From Octopus bimaculoides (taxonomy: Eukaryota): a stretch of 45,657 nt of DNA. The stretch covers positions 116,191,165 to 116,236,821 of the forward strand of contig NC_068982.1 of the NCBI RefSeq assembly GCF_001194135.2, in the 5' to 3' direction. A program made the position numbers and the translations under genes. Below, in pieces: positions 34,566-45,356 of this stretch; the stretch's first letter is position 1; each line of letters begins with the position of its first letter. The notes under the pieces were generated by a model that saw nothing but the letters and a program-made list of their open reading frames with translations, did no database searches and had not been told where the DNA came from.

Positions 34566-35157
34566 GGATCTTTTTTAAAACGGGGGCCACATTTTTCATT
34601 AATGTTTTACGTAGTGTTTTTGGTAGCGAAAGACTTTCAAACTTCGTATACTTATCTATTTTGTGTTATAGAACAGAAAAATATTTTTGTATTCGAATTT
34701 ATTTCATGTAAAAAATTGTCTTATTTCGATAATTTCAACCAATCACTGACAAGTATTCAGTTGTTTACATTTACTCCTTTGGCTCACTAAGCGATGTAAA
34801 GCGTATTTAATCTCCATACCTTCGTTTTATTTGCTTTTTTCATTTTAAATTTGCTTTAACCCTAACCCTAACCCTAGGGTTAGGGTTAGGGTTAGAGTTA
34901 GGGTTAGGGTTAGGGTTAATTGTTTCAGAATCGTTTGTTTATGTAGTCGGCACTTAATGTATATCGGCTGAATGGACGTCAGTGATTGGTTGAAATTACA
35001 GAAATACGACAACTTTAACATGGAATAATTTATGGATTTCTTTTTTTTTTAAGAAGACTAAGAGAAAAAGATGTTTTATATGACACATTCTACCAGTGTT
35101 CCAAGTTTCAAAGTGTTTCGTTAATGAAAAATGTGGCCCCCGTTTTAAAAAAGATCC
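34566..35157. mobile_element. MITE (592 bp), 37-bp perfect TIRs, 8-bp TSD, internal (TAACCC)3-TA-(GGGTTA)7
   Basis: TIR ggatcttttttaaaacgggggccacatttttcattaa 34566-34602 / 35121-35157; TSD accttttc at 34558-34565 and 35158-35165; telomeric core 34857-34919. Confidence 0.93.
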
Positions 35158-35497
35158 ACCTTTTCATTTAAAACTGAGTTGTTCATTTTCATAGACTGGC
35201 CAACTGATCTGTAGCGTTCGCCCAGCTGAAGGTTATCTCAAATGTCCGGTTTTGGTATAATTTACTCTTATGGTCTACGCATCCCAAATTTTAATACTAA
35301 AGAAAAACTGCGTATTATACATTAAGTATTCCAGTGAGTAAAATAACGTCGGCAGTGAAAAAGATACGGACATTACTACGGCCAAAGAAATCTGGTGGAG
35401 GTATAGTAAAGTGAATCAGAGTCAGCGAAGTGAGTCAGAGTCAGTGAAATGAATCAGCATCGTAAAGCGGTGTTATTAAGTGTAGTGTGATGAGGTA

Positions 35498-35585
35498 ATT
35501 GTGGCCGAATGGCTAAGGAGTGCACTTCGGACTCATGAGATTCTGGTTTCGATTCATCGTATCGTGAGTATTTTTTTTTTTTTTT
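35498..35585 (+). other. tRNA-like Pol III head (SINE head or tRNA pseudogene) followed by oligo-T
   Basis: A box tggccgaatgg, B box-like ggtttcgattca, then a long T run; no intact acceptor stem seen. Confidence 0.45.
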
Positions 35586-35605
35586 AAACTTTAACCTCTC
35601 CTCAG

Positions 35606-35920
35606 AGGCGGTGAACTGGCAGAAATGTTACCGGATAAAATGTATAGCAGCATTTCTTCCAGCTCTTTACGTTCTGAGTTCAAATACCGCTGAGATCAAT
35701 TTACCTTTCATCCTTTCGGAGTCGAAGCACCGGAGTCATTGTAATCGACTTATTCTCCAACTGAAGTTATTGGCCTTGTGCCGAAGTTTGAAACCATTTT
35801 AAAGGCGGCGAGCAACAGAGTGTCGGACAGCATTTGTTCCAGCTTTTTACATTCAGAGTTCAAATTCCGATTGAGGTTTGCCTTTCATCCTTTCGGGGTC
35901 GATAAAATAAATAAAGTACC
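35606..35920 (+). mobile_element. Two tandem SINE family B copies (35606-35798, 35802-35920 partial)
   Basis: Two aggcgg.ga heads, each with the gcctttcatcctttcgg core or a variant. Confidence 0.82.
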
Positions 35921-36327
35921 TCTAGGTGCATTACCCCACTCGACAGCGGGTAAACAAGCTGGCTATACAGAGATAAATGGCGTTACACAACATTAAGGTT
36001 CAGGCACGTGACCTTATTTCTTCCTCTATCTGCACTGGGACCTCAAACTGTAATGATGTGATCTAGCCTCTCTCAACGCCCACCAGCTAGCAGATAGGAG
36101 CATAGCACAGAAGACCATGGCCTTTACACACCAACCATTCTATTTATCATTCGATTGCGTGTATACGTGTGGCTACAACAAACGTGTTTAAGTTGCAACC
36201 TCGCTTGTATATGTTTTTCATACCAGCGAAATTACCATTTAAATACCAGTCTAGAAACTGGGTGAATAAATCGATTTATTACCCTCTCTCTTAAATTTCT
36301 GGACTTGAGCCTAAATCAGAAACCATT

Positions 36328-36502
36328 GTTAGAATCGTTAGAGCGTCGAGGAAAAATACCTTATGGTATTTATTCTGATGCTATGTCCTGAGTTCAAATT
36401 CCGCCGAGGTCAACTTTCACTTCCTTTCTTTATGGATCGATAAAATAAAGTACCAGTTAGGTGCTGGGATTCAAAATAAATTGCTGGCCTTGAGTCTGTA
36501 TT
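36328..36502 (+). mobile_element. SINE family B, degraded
   Basis: agaatcgttagagc..gagttcaaattccgccgaggtcaacttt..ataagtaccag. Confidence 0.75.
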
Positions 36503-36634
36503 AGAAACCATTGCAGTCTTTCCTCAGCTCAATCCTTGTGAATGAAACTGGCTTAGCGGAAACTGTGTGGAAGCCCATAGGATGGATTTCATTTGTAATT
36601 CAAAGGCCCGGCTTTGTCAATAATTGTGGAACAT

Positions 36635-36712
<78 letters not shown>

Positions 36713-37061
36713 TCTCCCTCTCTCTCTCTATCAATCTCTCTCTCTCTCTCTCTCTCTCTCTGGCAATCACATTAAGGGTAAATGTATTTCTGGAATACTC
36801 AGCCACATAGATGTTAATTCAATGAGCAAATAGTTCGGTTGATCGAACAACTGAATACAACAAATCATTGAAACCGACGGAGATCCTTAAATATAGCACT
36901 TAATCTAATAGCAATATTGTGTGTTATACTTGAAGTGGGTGCTAATTTATGCTTCAGGGCTACAAAAAGCAATATTAGCTTATCAGTAACCTTTATATTT
37001 TATCACTTATCAGCACATAAGTACGTTTTTTTCTTCATTCGGCATTATTTTGTCGCTACAT
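36503..37061 (+). repeat. ~550-bp interspersed repeat, copy 2, with (CT)n expansion at 36638-36761
   Basis: Colinear with 25801-26342. Confidence 0.85.
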
Positions 37062-37072
37062 AATGACAGAGA

Positions 37073-37465
37073 GGAGGCGCAATGGCCTAGTGGTTAGGGC
37101 AGCGGACTCGCGGTCATAGGATCGCGGTTTCGATTCCCAGAAAGGGCGTTGTGATTGTTTATTGAGCGAAAACACCTAAAAAAGCTCCACGAGGCTCCGG
37201 CAGGGGGTGGTGGCGAACCCTGCTGTACTCTTTCACCACAACTTTCTCTCACTCTGTCTTCCTGTTTCTGTTATACCTGTATTTCAAAGGGCCAGCCTTG
37301 TCACACTCTGTGTCACGCTGAATATCCCCGAGAACTACGTTAAGGGTACACGTGTCTGTGGAGTGCTCAGTCACTTGCACGTTAATTTCACGAGCAGGCT
37401 GTTCCGTTGATCGGATCAACTGGAACCCTCGACGTCGTAAGCGACGGAGTGCCAACAACAACAAC
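37073..37465 (+). mobile_element. SINE family A, full length with TSD
   Basis: ggaggcgcaatggcctagtggttagggc head, (AAC)n tail, 11-bp TSD aatgacagaga at 37062-37072 and 37466-37476. Confidence 0.93.
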
Positions 37466-37756
37466 AATGACAGAGAACATTATAATGACTTGTCTTTGCA
37501 ATATATATTTATTGAGTAACCTCAATATATGCATCGTATGTGCTCCCGATTTTAATCTTGAATTTTATGAAAAATGTGCGTAGTATACGTGGGATATTAT
37601 GGTAATTAAAATAACCTTTGAAGTGAGTAAGAAACTTAGACTTAATGAATAACGTTAATAAAATATAGCGGAGGCTTTAGATTCTGTATGAAATCGTATA
37701 AGAGTATAAGTGTAGACTACTTATGTATTGTAATTATGTACAGTATGATGCTGAAG

Positions 37757-38070
37757 ACGCGTGGCTTAGTGGTTAGTACATTCATCTGACGCTCGTAAGG
37801 TTGGGAGTTCGATTCCTAGCGGAGCGTTATCACCTTGAGCAAGACACTTTATTTCACATTGCTCTAGCTCACGAGGCTGGTGCATTATACCCGTTGTTCA
37901 ATGGACCAACTTTGTCGCATTCGGTGTGTCACGCTGAATTTCCGTGAGAATTACGTTAAGGCTACGCATGTCTTTGGAGTGCTCAGCTACTTGCACGTTA
38001 ATTCCACGAGCAGGCAGGCTTTTTCGTTGACCAGGTCACCTGGAACACACGTCGTCATAACCGAGGCAGT
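37757..38070 (+). mobile_element. Related tRNA-SINE: different head, family A-like 3' half
   Basis: gcgtggcttagtggttag..gggagttcgattcc head, ccttgagcaagacac middle, then gtgtcacgctgaat..gagtgctcagc.acttgcacgttaatt as in family A. Confidence 0.78.
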
Positions 38071-38159
38071 GGCCAGCCATTCTATGATGTAACGTGATAT
38101 ATTTTACTGTAATGTAGTATGTGCGACCGATTGGTTATGCTGTGAACTTCACAACCATG

Positions 38160-38401
38160 GCATCTTAAGCAATTTGTTCAGGTGATCGAACAACCGAATA
38201 ACGACATATCATCGAAATCGCCGGAGGTTCATAGGTATAGCACTTTTATTCGATAGCAACTATGTCATATTCTGTGTAGGTGTTAATTTGTTTCAAAGCC
38301 ACAAAAAAAAAACATCTCTTCATAAATGAAACAATATTTCTTAAGACGTCACCGAATAAGAATCTATTTTCACTCCTTTGATGTTGTTTCGTCGCTACAT
38401 A
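38160..38401 (+). repeat. Diverged 3' half of the ~550-bp repeat, copy 3
   Basis: gatcgaacaac.gaata..acatatca..gaaa..tatagcactt.. ending tcgctacata like copies 1 and 2. Confidence 0.6.
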
Positions 38402-38760
38402 AAGTATGGAGACATTTCAGTGACCGATATACGTAATATGTTTATCATATAACCTGTTTTCTGTTATTCCGTAGGAGTTAAATGTTTTTGCTTTGCAGAG
38501 TCTTTCAGCAGTTGTCGCTGTTGATTTTGATGGTGATGTTATTGTTGCTTTGGGTGTTGATGTGGTTGTTGTTTTGCCTTCCTCATAGTTTTCATATCTT
38601 AACTGACGTAAAGACATATTTTATTATCTTCTGATGTAAGAGCATTCTTCGTTGGGTTTTTTGTTGTTTTTTTTTTTTGCTTTTGTTTTGCTTTTTCTTT
38701 TAAGGAGTTATTGTTTACTGCCTGGAGAAGAATATCTGAAAGGAGGGGGAGGAAATAAAC

Positions 38761-38800
<40 letters not shown>

Positions 38801-39048
38801 NNNNNNNNNNNNNNNNNNNNNNNNNNNNNNNNNNNNNNNNNNNNNNNNNNNNNNNNNNNNNNNNNNNNNNNNNNNNNNNNNNNNNNNNNNNNNNNNNNNN
38901 NNNNNNNNNNNNNNNNNNNNNNNNNNNNNNNNNNNNNNNNNNNNNNNNNNNNNNNNNNNNNNNNNNNNNNNNNNNNNNNNNNNNNNNNNNNNNNNNNNNN
39001 NNNNNNNNNNNNNNNNNNNNNNNNNNNNNNNNNNNNNNNNNNNNNNNN

Positions 39049-39108
39049 GGGGAGGGGGAAGGGGAAAAAGTAGCGGGGGTGTCGATCAAAAGGGATCGTA
39101 GGAAGGAA

Positions 39109-39139
<31 letters not shown>

Positions 39140-39282
39140 CATTTCTTTTATTAGCCACACAGGGCTCAACAAAGATGGGACGAATACAATGTAGAGCTTT
39201 TCTTTTTGGGAGGGGGAAGGGAAAAAAAAGTAGCGGGGGTGTCGATCAAAAGGGATCGTAGGAAAGAAAAAGATAGATAGAT

Positions 39283-39292
<10 letters not shown>
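39049..39292 (-). repeat. Tandem ~158-bp unit resembling a retroposon 3' end with (ATCT)n tail
   Basis: aagtagcgggggtgtcgatcaaaagggatcgtaggaa occurs twice ~158 bp apart; minus strand reads ..ggctaataaaagaaatgtatctatctatc. Confidence 0.6.
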
Positions 39293-39322
<30 letters not shown>

Positions 39323-39339
39323 AGAGAATGAGTGAGCGG

Positions 39340-39776
39340 CTGCGCTGGTGGCATGATGATAATGGTACTGATAATGACGATAATTATGATGATGATGATA
39401 ATGATGATGATGTTGGTGATGACGATGAGGAAGAGTGAGACATAACGATAGCGAGTAGTGAAAGTCAGAGAAACCGACCGGCAAGTCGGCAGGCAGCGGA
39501 GGTGGGAAACTGAGAAAGCAGTGAATAACTTACTGTGAAGTAAATAAGTTACATAACATATCAAGAGTTGACGTCAGAGATGATAAGGTGGATATTGCGG
39601 GTCAAGTGATATGTGAAGTAAACAGGATTTAGAAAAAAACTGAATGATGGGACGTAAGTGGAGTCGATGACGATGGTGGTGGTGGTGGTGGTGGTGGCGC
39701 TGGTGGTGGTGTTGATGATGATGATGATGGTGATGGTGATGATGGATAATGGATGATGGAGGTGGTTGCGGTGGTT

Positions 39777-39829
<53 letters not shown>

Positions 39830-40020
39830 AGTGATGGTGATAATGATGATGATGATGATGATGTTAGCTAGTGATAGTAATATTGTTGGTCAAATCAGAA
39901 AGATCCAATGTCGGTGATGATAGTGATGATGGCGGTGTTGTTAATGATGATGATGATGATGATAGTCGTGTTGGTCTTAGTCGTGGTGGATTCGGTTGTG
40001 GTGGATGCTTGGTGATGGGG
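39340..40020. repeat. Compound trinucleotide low-complexity block (GAT/GGT/GTT)
   Basis: Visible runs at 39345-39430 and 39665-39965. Confidence 0.9.
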
Positions 40021-40097
40021 TAATAATAATGATACCGGGGTGAGCTTTTTTTTTTTTTTTTACACCCAGCCTCTCTCCTTTAATTCATCTCTTAGAC

Positions 40098-40394
40098 CAG
40101 GGGTTTTCAAACTTTTTGACTTGCGGACCCCTTTATATTTCAGGCTTTACCTTAGGGACCCCCTTATAAGCACTTATGAAATTTATACATAAATATTTGC
40201 TTAAAATAACATATATTTTTACATTTATTTATTTAACAGTATTTAACAAATAGGTTTGTTGTCAATTAAAAGATTTCGATTAAAAAACATATATAAAATC
40301 AAATTGCCCATAAAAAGTATTTGCTGTCCACGGACCCCCTGTCTTGTCCTTGCGGACCCCCTGTGGTCCGCGGACTACAGTTTGAAAACCCCTG
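40098..40394. mobile_element. hAT-Charlie-like MITE (297 bp), complete
   Basis: 16-bp perfect TIR caggggttttcaaact / agtttgaaaacccctg; 8-bp TSD tcttagac at 40090-40097 and 40395-40402; repeated gcggacccc subterminal motifs. Confidence 0.93.
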
Positions 40395-40669
40395 TCTTAG
40401 ACAATGTGCGTCTAAATTCCATTCCTGTATTTCTCCCACAAGAAATAAATAGGAAGTCATTCCTATCAACGCTTTTAGTCCCCTGGAGAAATCTGGTGTC
40501 CCTGCCTCGGTCACGGCTTAGACGTTGTCTGCAGGCGACGTCTTCGCTGCTGCTCACATCCGGCACCAACGATGATTTACTACTTTGGTCAAAAAGCACC
40601 TCGAAATCCGAAATTTGCCGAAATAACACGAATACTTCGTCGTTAGATTGCGATTTTGTAATTTTATGA

Positions 40670-41122
40670 TTTTATACATTATACATTGGATTTTATACAT
40701 TATACATTATGATTTTATACAGTATACATTTTATACATTGGACGGATATGTGTCCTCATCTTGTTTGTTTGTTGTTACCACAACGTTTCGGTTGATTTAC
40801 TCTCCAGCCTTCATCAGGTGTCCTGGTAGAATTTTGAACCCAACCCTGGGTTCTCATTCCTAAGGTATTTTTTGCTGATGTTATTATTATTATTATTATT
40901 TATTCAAGGCACTGGAATTTTGGGGTTAGTAGCCCGCGCTCTTAACCATTACGCTATATGCCCATGGGCAATTATAGAGTGAATTTTAGGGCTTATAAGC
41001 CTAATATGTTTGTATCCTTCCTTAATACCGGTTCCTATATTCTACTCATATCTGCACTTGGTTTACTTAGGAGGTTATTGTGTTCTAGCATATGTGCTGC
41101 CTCTTTTAGTTTTTGTATTTTC
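40670..41122 (-). mobile_element. Penelope-like element 3' end (ORF C-terminus plus terminal region)
   Basis: Minus strand KIQKLKEAAHMLEHNNLLSKPSADMSRI*EPVLRK resembles the PLE C-terminal (KL.EA..I....LN....LS..W.P.L) pattern; downstream hammerhead motif and short tandem tail (ttttatacattatacatt on +). Confidence 0.65.
40777..40822 (-). ncRNA. Minimal type I hammerhead ribozyme motif (degenerate)
   Basis: Minus strand GACAC-CTGATGA-A-GGCTG-gagagtaaat-CAACC-GAAAC-GT-T-GTGGT: full core, stem II 4/5 pairs, stem I 4/5 incl. G.U, loopless ACGT stem III. Confidence 0.7.
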
Positions 41123-41353
41123 TAAAAGAGGCAGATTTGGATATTGATATTCTGATGACAAAATTGAGATTTTATGAAAAGGATTATAAGTTTGGACGTT
41201 TAAAATTGGGAATTTATGAAAAAGATTGTAAAGATTGGGTTTTTACAACAATGATTTTAAGACAAAACCTCAAAGATTTGGATTTTCAGATTGCAATCTT
41301 AAGAATACAATTTTAATATTGATCCTTCGATGACGGCTCTTCCTATCATTGTA

Positions 41354-41458
41354 AGGCGGTGAGCAGGTAGAATCGTTAGCATGAAGACAAAACGCTTCGC
41401 GGCATTTCATCCGTCTTCACATTCTGCGCTCAAATTCCGCCGAGGTCAACTTTCATGC
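41354..41458 (+). mobile_element. SINE family B 5' fragment
   Basis: aaggcggtgagcaggtagaatcgttagc..caaattccgccgaggtcaacttt. Confidence 0.75.
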
Positions 41459-42527
41459 CATCTCCGCGTTCTCCAATTTCTCGTTCAGTGCCGCAAAGTG
41501 ACGACTGGTGGTGACGGCGAACCAATTGTTAATCACCACCAGTTGTCACTTAGACACTCGCATTACATCGTCCCAAATAATGCGATCCCAGATTTTGGGT
41601 AGGTATGGAGTGCACCTGTTTGTCTGACAAAGCACACACAACTATCTGCCTTACTCTTTTCAGTTGAAAAGACTCCGTACTCTGTAGGGTCTAAGGTTTC
41701 TTTTTAGCTATTCCTGAACTGCATAAATCAATGGTATTTCATCATCCTTCTTGCTTGCTCTTGGTTGAATTCCACAACAAGCGTGGTGGTGGACACACTT
41801 TAGTATGTCATGCCTGTTTCTTGGACTGAAATCAACCCAACTATAAACTTTCTCTTTTGCTTCTAATGCTATCAAAAGAGCTGCTGTTACCACTTTTGTT
41901 AATATAGCACACCATTGCGTTGCTGCTGCTGCAGTTGGCAGTTGTTATCAGTATAGTTGTTTATATCGTGGAAATTTGTATTCTCGGTTGACAAATTGTG
42001 ACTGTTTGGTAATATATTTGTTTCATTGTTGTTTTTTTGTTTACCATAAAAAGAAAATCTGCTAATTTTAAATTTGTTTTCATGCACGCAAGAACTATTT
42101 TGACATTTTATCTAGGAGGAGGTGTATACAGTACTATTTGTTATCCTATTAAAACTTCCTACTGCCTCTCTTGTAGAAGCCATTTTGAAATTGTTATACC
42201 CAAGAAAAAATTATTCGCAAAATAAAATATGTTAAAGTCGGATCTACACCAACTTTGTTATTAACGTTCCAAAGTCCCTTGCTTACTGATTAATTCGAAA
42301 AAGAAAAATGTATTCAGTAAGACTTAGTAAAAAACATTTAAACACAAACAAATCTTACTATAATGGACGTTACATCCGTCTGTCTGTCTGTTCCCTTTTT
42401 ACGATCAAACGGCTGGACCAATGGTTACGATGTTTTTCTAGATTACGAAGGAGGTAATCAGGAAAGTTTTTAGCGAAAAAATGATGTGAAAAAGTATGAT
42501 TATTTAGTGGATATTGAGGGAATTGTT

Positions 42528-43112
42528 GGATCTATTTTAAAACGGTGCCACATTTTTCATTAATGTTTTACGTAGTGTTTTTGGTACGGAAAGACTTTCA
42601 AACTTCGTATACTTATCTATTTTGTGTTATAGAACAGAAAAATATTTTTGTATTCGAATTTATTTCATGTAAAAAATTGTTTTATTTCGATAATTTCAAC
42701 CAATCACTGACAAGTATTCAGTTGTTTACATTTACTCCTTTGGCTGATTAAGCGATGTAAAGCGTATTTAATCTCCATACCTTCGTTTTATTTGCTTTTT
42801 TCATTTTAAATTTGCTTTAACCCTAACCCTAACCCTAACCCTACGGTTAGGGTTAGGGTTAGGGTTAGGGTTAATTGTTTCAGAATCGTTTGTTTATGTA
42901 GTCGGCACTTAATGTATATCGGCTGAATGGACGTCAGTGATTGGTTGAAATTACAGAAATACGACAACTTTAACATGGAATAACTTATGGATTTCTTTTT
43001 TTTTAAGAAGACTAAGAGAAAAAGATGTTTTATATGACACATTCTACCAGTGTTCCAAGTTTCAAAGTGTTTCGCTAATGAAAAATGTGGCCCCCGTTTT
43101 AAAAAAACATCC
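42528..43112. mobile_element. MITE (585 bp), second copy of the 34566 family, internal (TAACCC)4-TA-(GGGTTA)5
   Basis: Near-identical body; slightly decayed TIRs; different 8-bp TSD gaattgtt at 42520-42527 and 43113-43120; telomeric core 42818-42873. Confidence 0.93.
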
Positions 43113-43371
43113 GAATTGTTCAGTTCACGGGCGTGAAACGGTAAATAAAAATTAAGGGTGAGACAACTAATAAAAGAAACGGAGGGAAGTAAGTCAACTT
43201 ACTTTTAATCAAACTGCATACACAGCTGATACAGCATTCAAACAGTGAACGAATATTTTATTCTGCTCCATTGAATTACGTCATATAAATTTGTGCAAAT
43301 ACGAAACAAACAAAGCCTCTGAAGTGCTGAATTGACGGTGTAAATAAATAAATAAATAAGTAAATAAATAA

Positions 43372-43586
43372 TTCTTTCTACAATAGGCACAAGGTCTGAA
43401 ATTTGGGGAATAGGGTAAGTCGATTACATCGACCCCAATGCATAACTGGTACTTATTTAATCGACCCTGAAAGGATGAAAGGCAAAGTCGACCTCGACGG
43501 AATTTAAACTCAGAACGTAATGACGGACGAAATACAACTAAGCATTTTACCCGGCATGCTAAAGATTCTGCCAGCTCGCCACCTTG

Positions 43587-43621
<35 letters not shown>

Positions 43622-43977
43622 TCTTTCTACTATAGGCACAAGGCCTGAAATTTGAGAGGAGGGGTAAGTCGATTACATCGATCCCAGTGCGTAACTGGGC
43701 TTATTTAATCGACCCCGAAAGAATGAAAGGCAAAGTCGACCTCGGCGGAATTTGAACTCAGAACGTAAAGACGGACGAAAAGNNNNNNNNNNNNNNNNNN
43801 NNAGGGTAAGTCGATTACATCGACCCCAATGCATAACTGGTACTTATTTAATCGACCCTGAAAGGATGAAAGGCAAAGTCGACCTCGACGGAATTTAAAC
43901 TCAGAACGTAATGACGGACGAAATACAACTAAGCATTTTACCCGGCATGCTAAAGATTCTGCCAGCTCGCCACCTTG

Positions 43978-44012
<35 letters not shown>

Positions 44013-44225
44013 TCTTTCTACTATAGGCACAAGGCCTGAAATTTGAGAGGAGGGGTAAGTCGATTACATCGATCCCAGTGCGTAACTGGGCTTATTTAAT
44101 CGACCCCGAAAGAATGAAAGGCAAAGTCGACCTCGGCGGAATTTGAACTCAGAACGTAAAGACGGACGAAAAGCTGTTTAGCATTTCGCCTGGCGTGCTA
44201 CTGATTCTACCAGCTCGTCGCCTCA
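43372..44225 (-). mobile_element. Cluster of SINE family B copies separated by (AAT)n (two true copies, apparently doubled across a gap)
   Basis: Copies at 43372-43587 and 43622-43782, then 43803-44173 repeats 43412-43782 exactly by eye. Confidence 0.85.
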
Positions 44226-44806
44226 ATAACAACAACAACAACAACAACAACAACTACAATATGGGCAAGTTAAGATTAACCGATAGGAGAGGGATATGTA
44301 AAAGTCTTTCATACCCTCTCTGAGTTCCAGCTGTGTAATAGTGTCGATTCATCCAGATCGTATCTATACAGAATATTTGCTACATTAGCGGACAGAAATA
44401 TTACAGGATTTACGAATTTCCAATTTGTCGGCTACTTAGATCACAAATTTGTGATAAGCACGGTCGACTTATAAAGGGCGCATGGAAGGGACTCGTTTAC
44501 TTGTCGTTGAACGTTGTTTTTCCCGGCACATAGAGCCTACAGCAACTGGATTAGCGAATTAGGTGGTCGACGGGGTCAGTCGCTAGCAAACACGGTTGAA
44601 AATTCTGAAGAGCGCATCAAGAGTAGAATCAATATCTTTTACAAAAGAAATATCGACAGATAGAAATAGATTAGAGAAGGAGCGAGTAAGTAAATTATAA
44701 GAGACTATTAGATAAAGAAATATGACCGATGTGCTAATGACCTTAGACATTCAACGCGAAACAAGAAGTTTGTATAGTCATAACCGAAGTACATTCTCTT
44801 GGATAT

Positions 44807-45136
44807 TTTTATTTTTATTTTTTTTATGCGTCCTTTTAAAGCCTAGCCAGGCTCATGGGCCTGGTTTCCTGGTTTCTACGGCGTATGTGTCCACCACCCC
44901 CACAGCTGGACGGGATACCAGTCCATTGCAGCGTTATTCAAGAAACAGGAAGAAAGAGTGAGAGAAAGTTGGGGCGAAAGAGTACAACAGGGGTCGCCAC
45001 CACCTACTGCCGAAACTTTGTGGAGCTTTAGGTGTTTTCGCTCAATAAATACAAATAACGCCCGGTCTGGGAATCGAAACCGCGATCCTCCGACCGCGAG
45101 TCCGCTGCCCTAACCACTGGGCCATTGCGCCTCCAC
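44807..45136 (-). mobile_element. SINE with family A head and a different 3' half, A-rich tail, TSD
   Basis: Reverse complement of ggaggcgcaatggcccagtggttagggcagcgg..; diverges after aagaaacagg; 12-bp TSD tctcttggatat at 44795-44806 and 45137-45148. Confidence 0.9.
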
Positions 45137-45304
45137 TCTCTTGGATATAAAAGAAAGAAAACTGTTAATGGATGGAAGAGGCGTGACGTGGCAACAAAGA
45201 CACAATCCCGTCTTTGATGGACTGGGACTAGACGTCACACAGTATACAATATCGTGAGGTTGTTGATTGAATATATTGTGTCTACCGGGGGTTTGTACTG
45301 TTTA

Positions 45305-45354
<50 letters not shown>

Positions 45355-45356
45355 TT
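45305..45356. repeat. (TTA)n microsatellite
   Basis: Visible trinucleotide run. Confidence 0.95.

Noticed and set aside
34857-34919. Real telomere or chromosome-fusion site (also 2755-2962, 42818-42873)
   Set aside because: Arrays are short and lie within TIR/TSD-bounded elements, two of which are copies of one family.
41590-41893. Minus-strand ORF MVTAALLIALEAKEK.. and 3884-4231 plus-strand ORF
   Set aside because: No recognisable motif, splice context or ATG; lengths expected by chance.
44465-44480. TATA-like ttataaagggcg and nearby CpG-rich sequence; YY1-like aaatggcg at ~4461
   Set aside because: Isolated short motifs without an associated gene.
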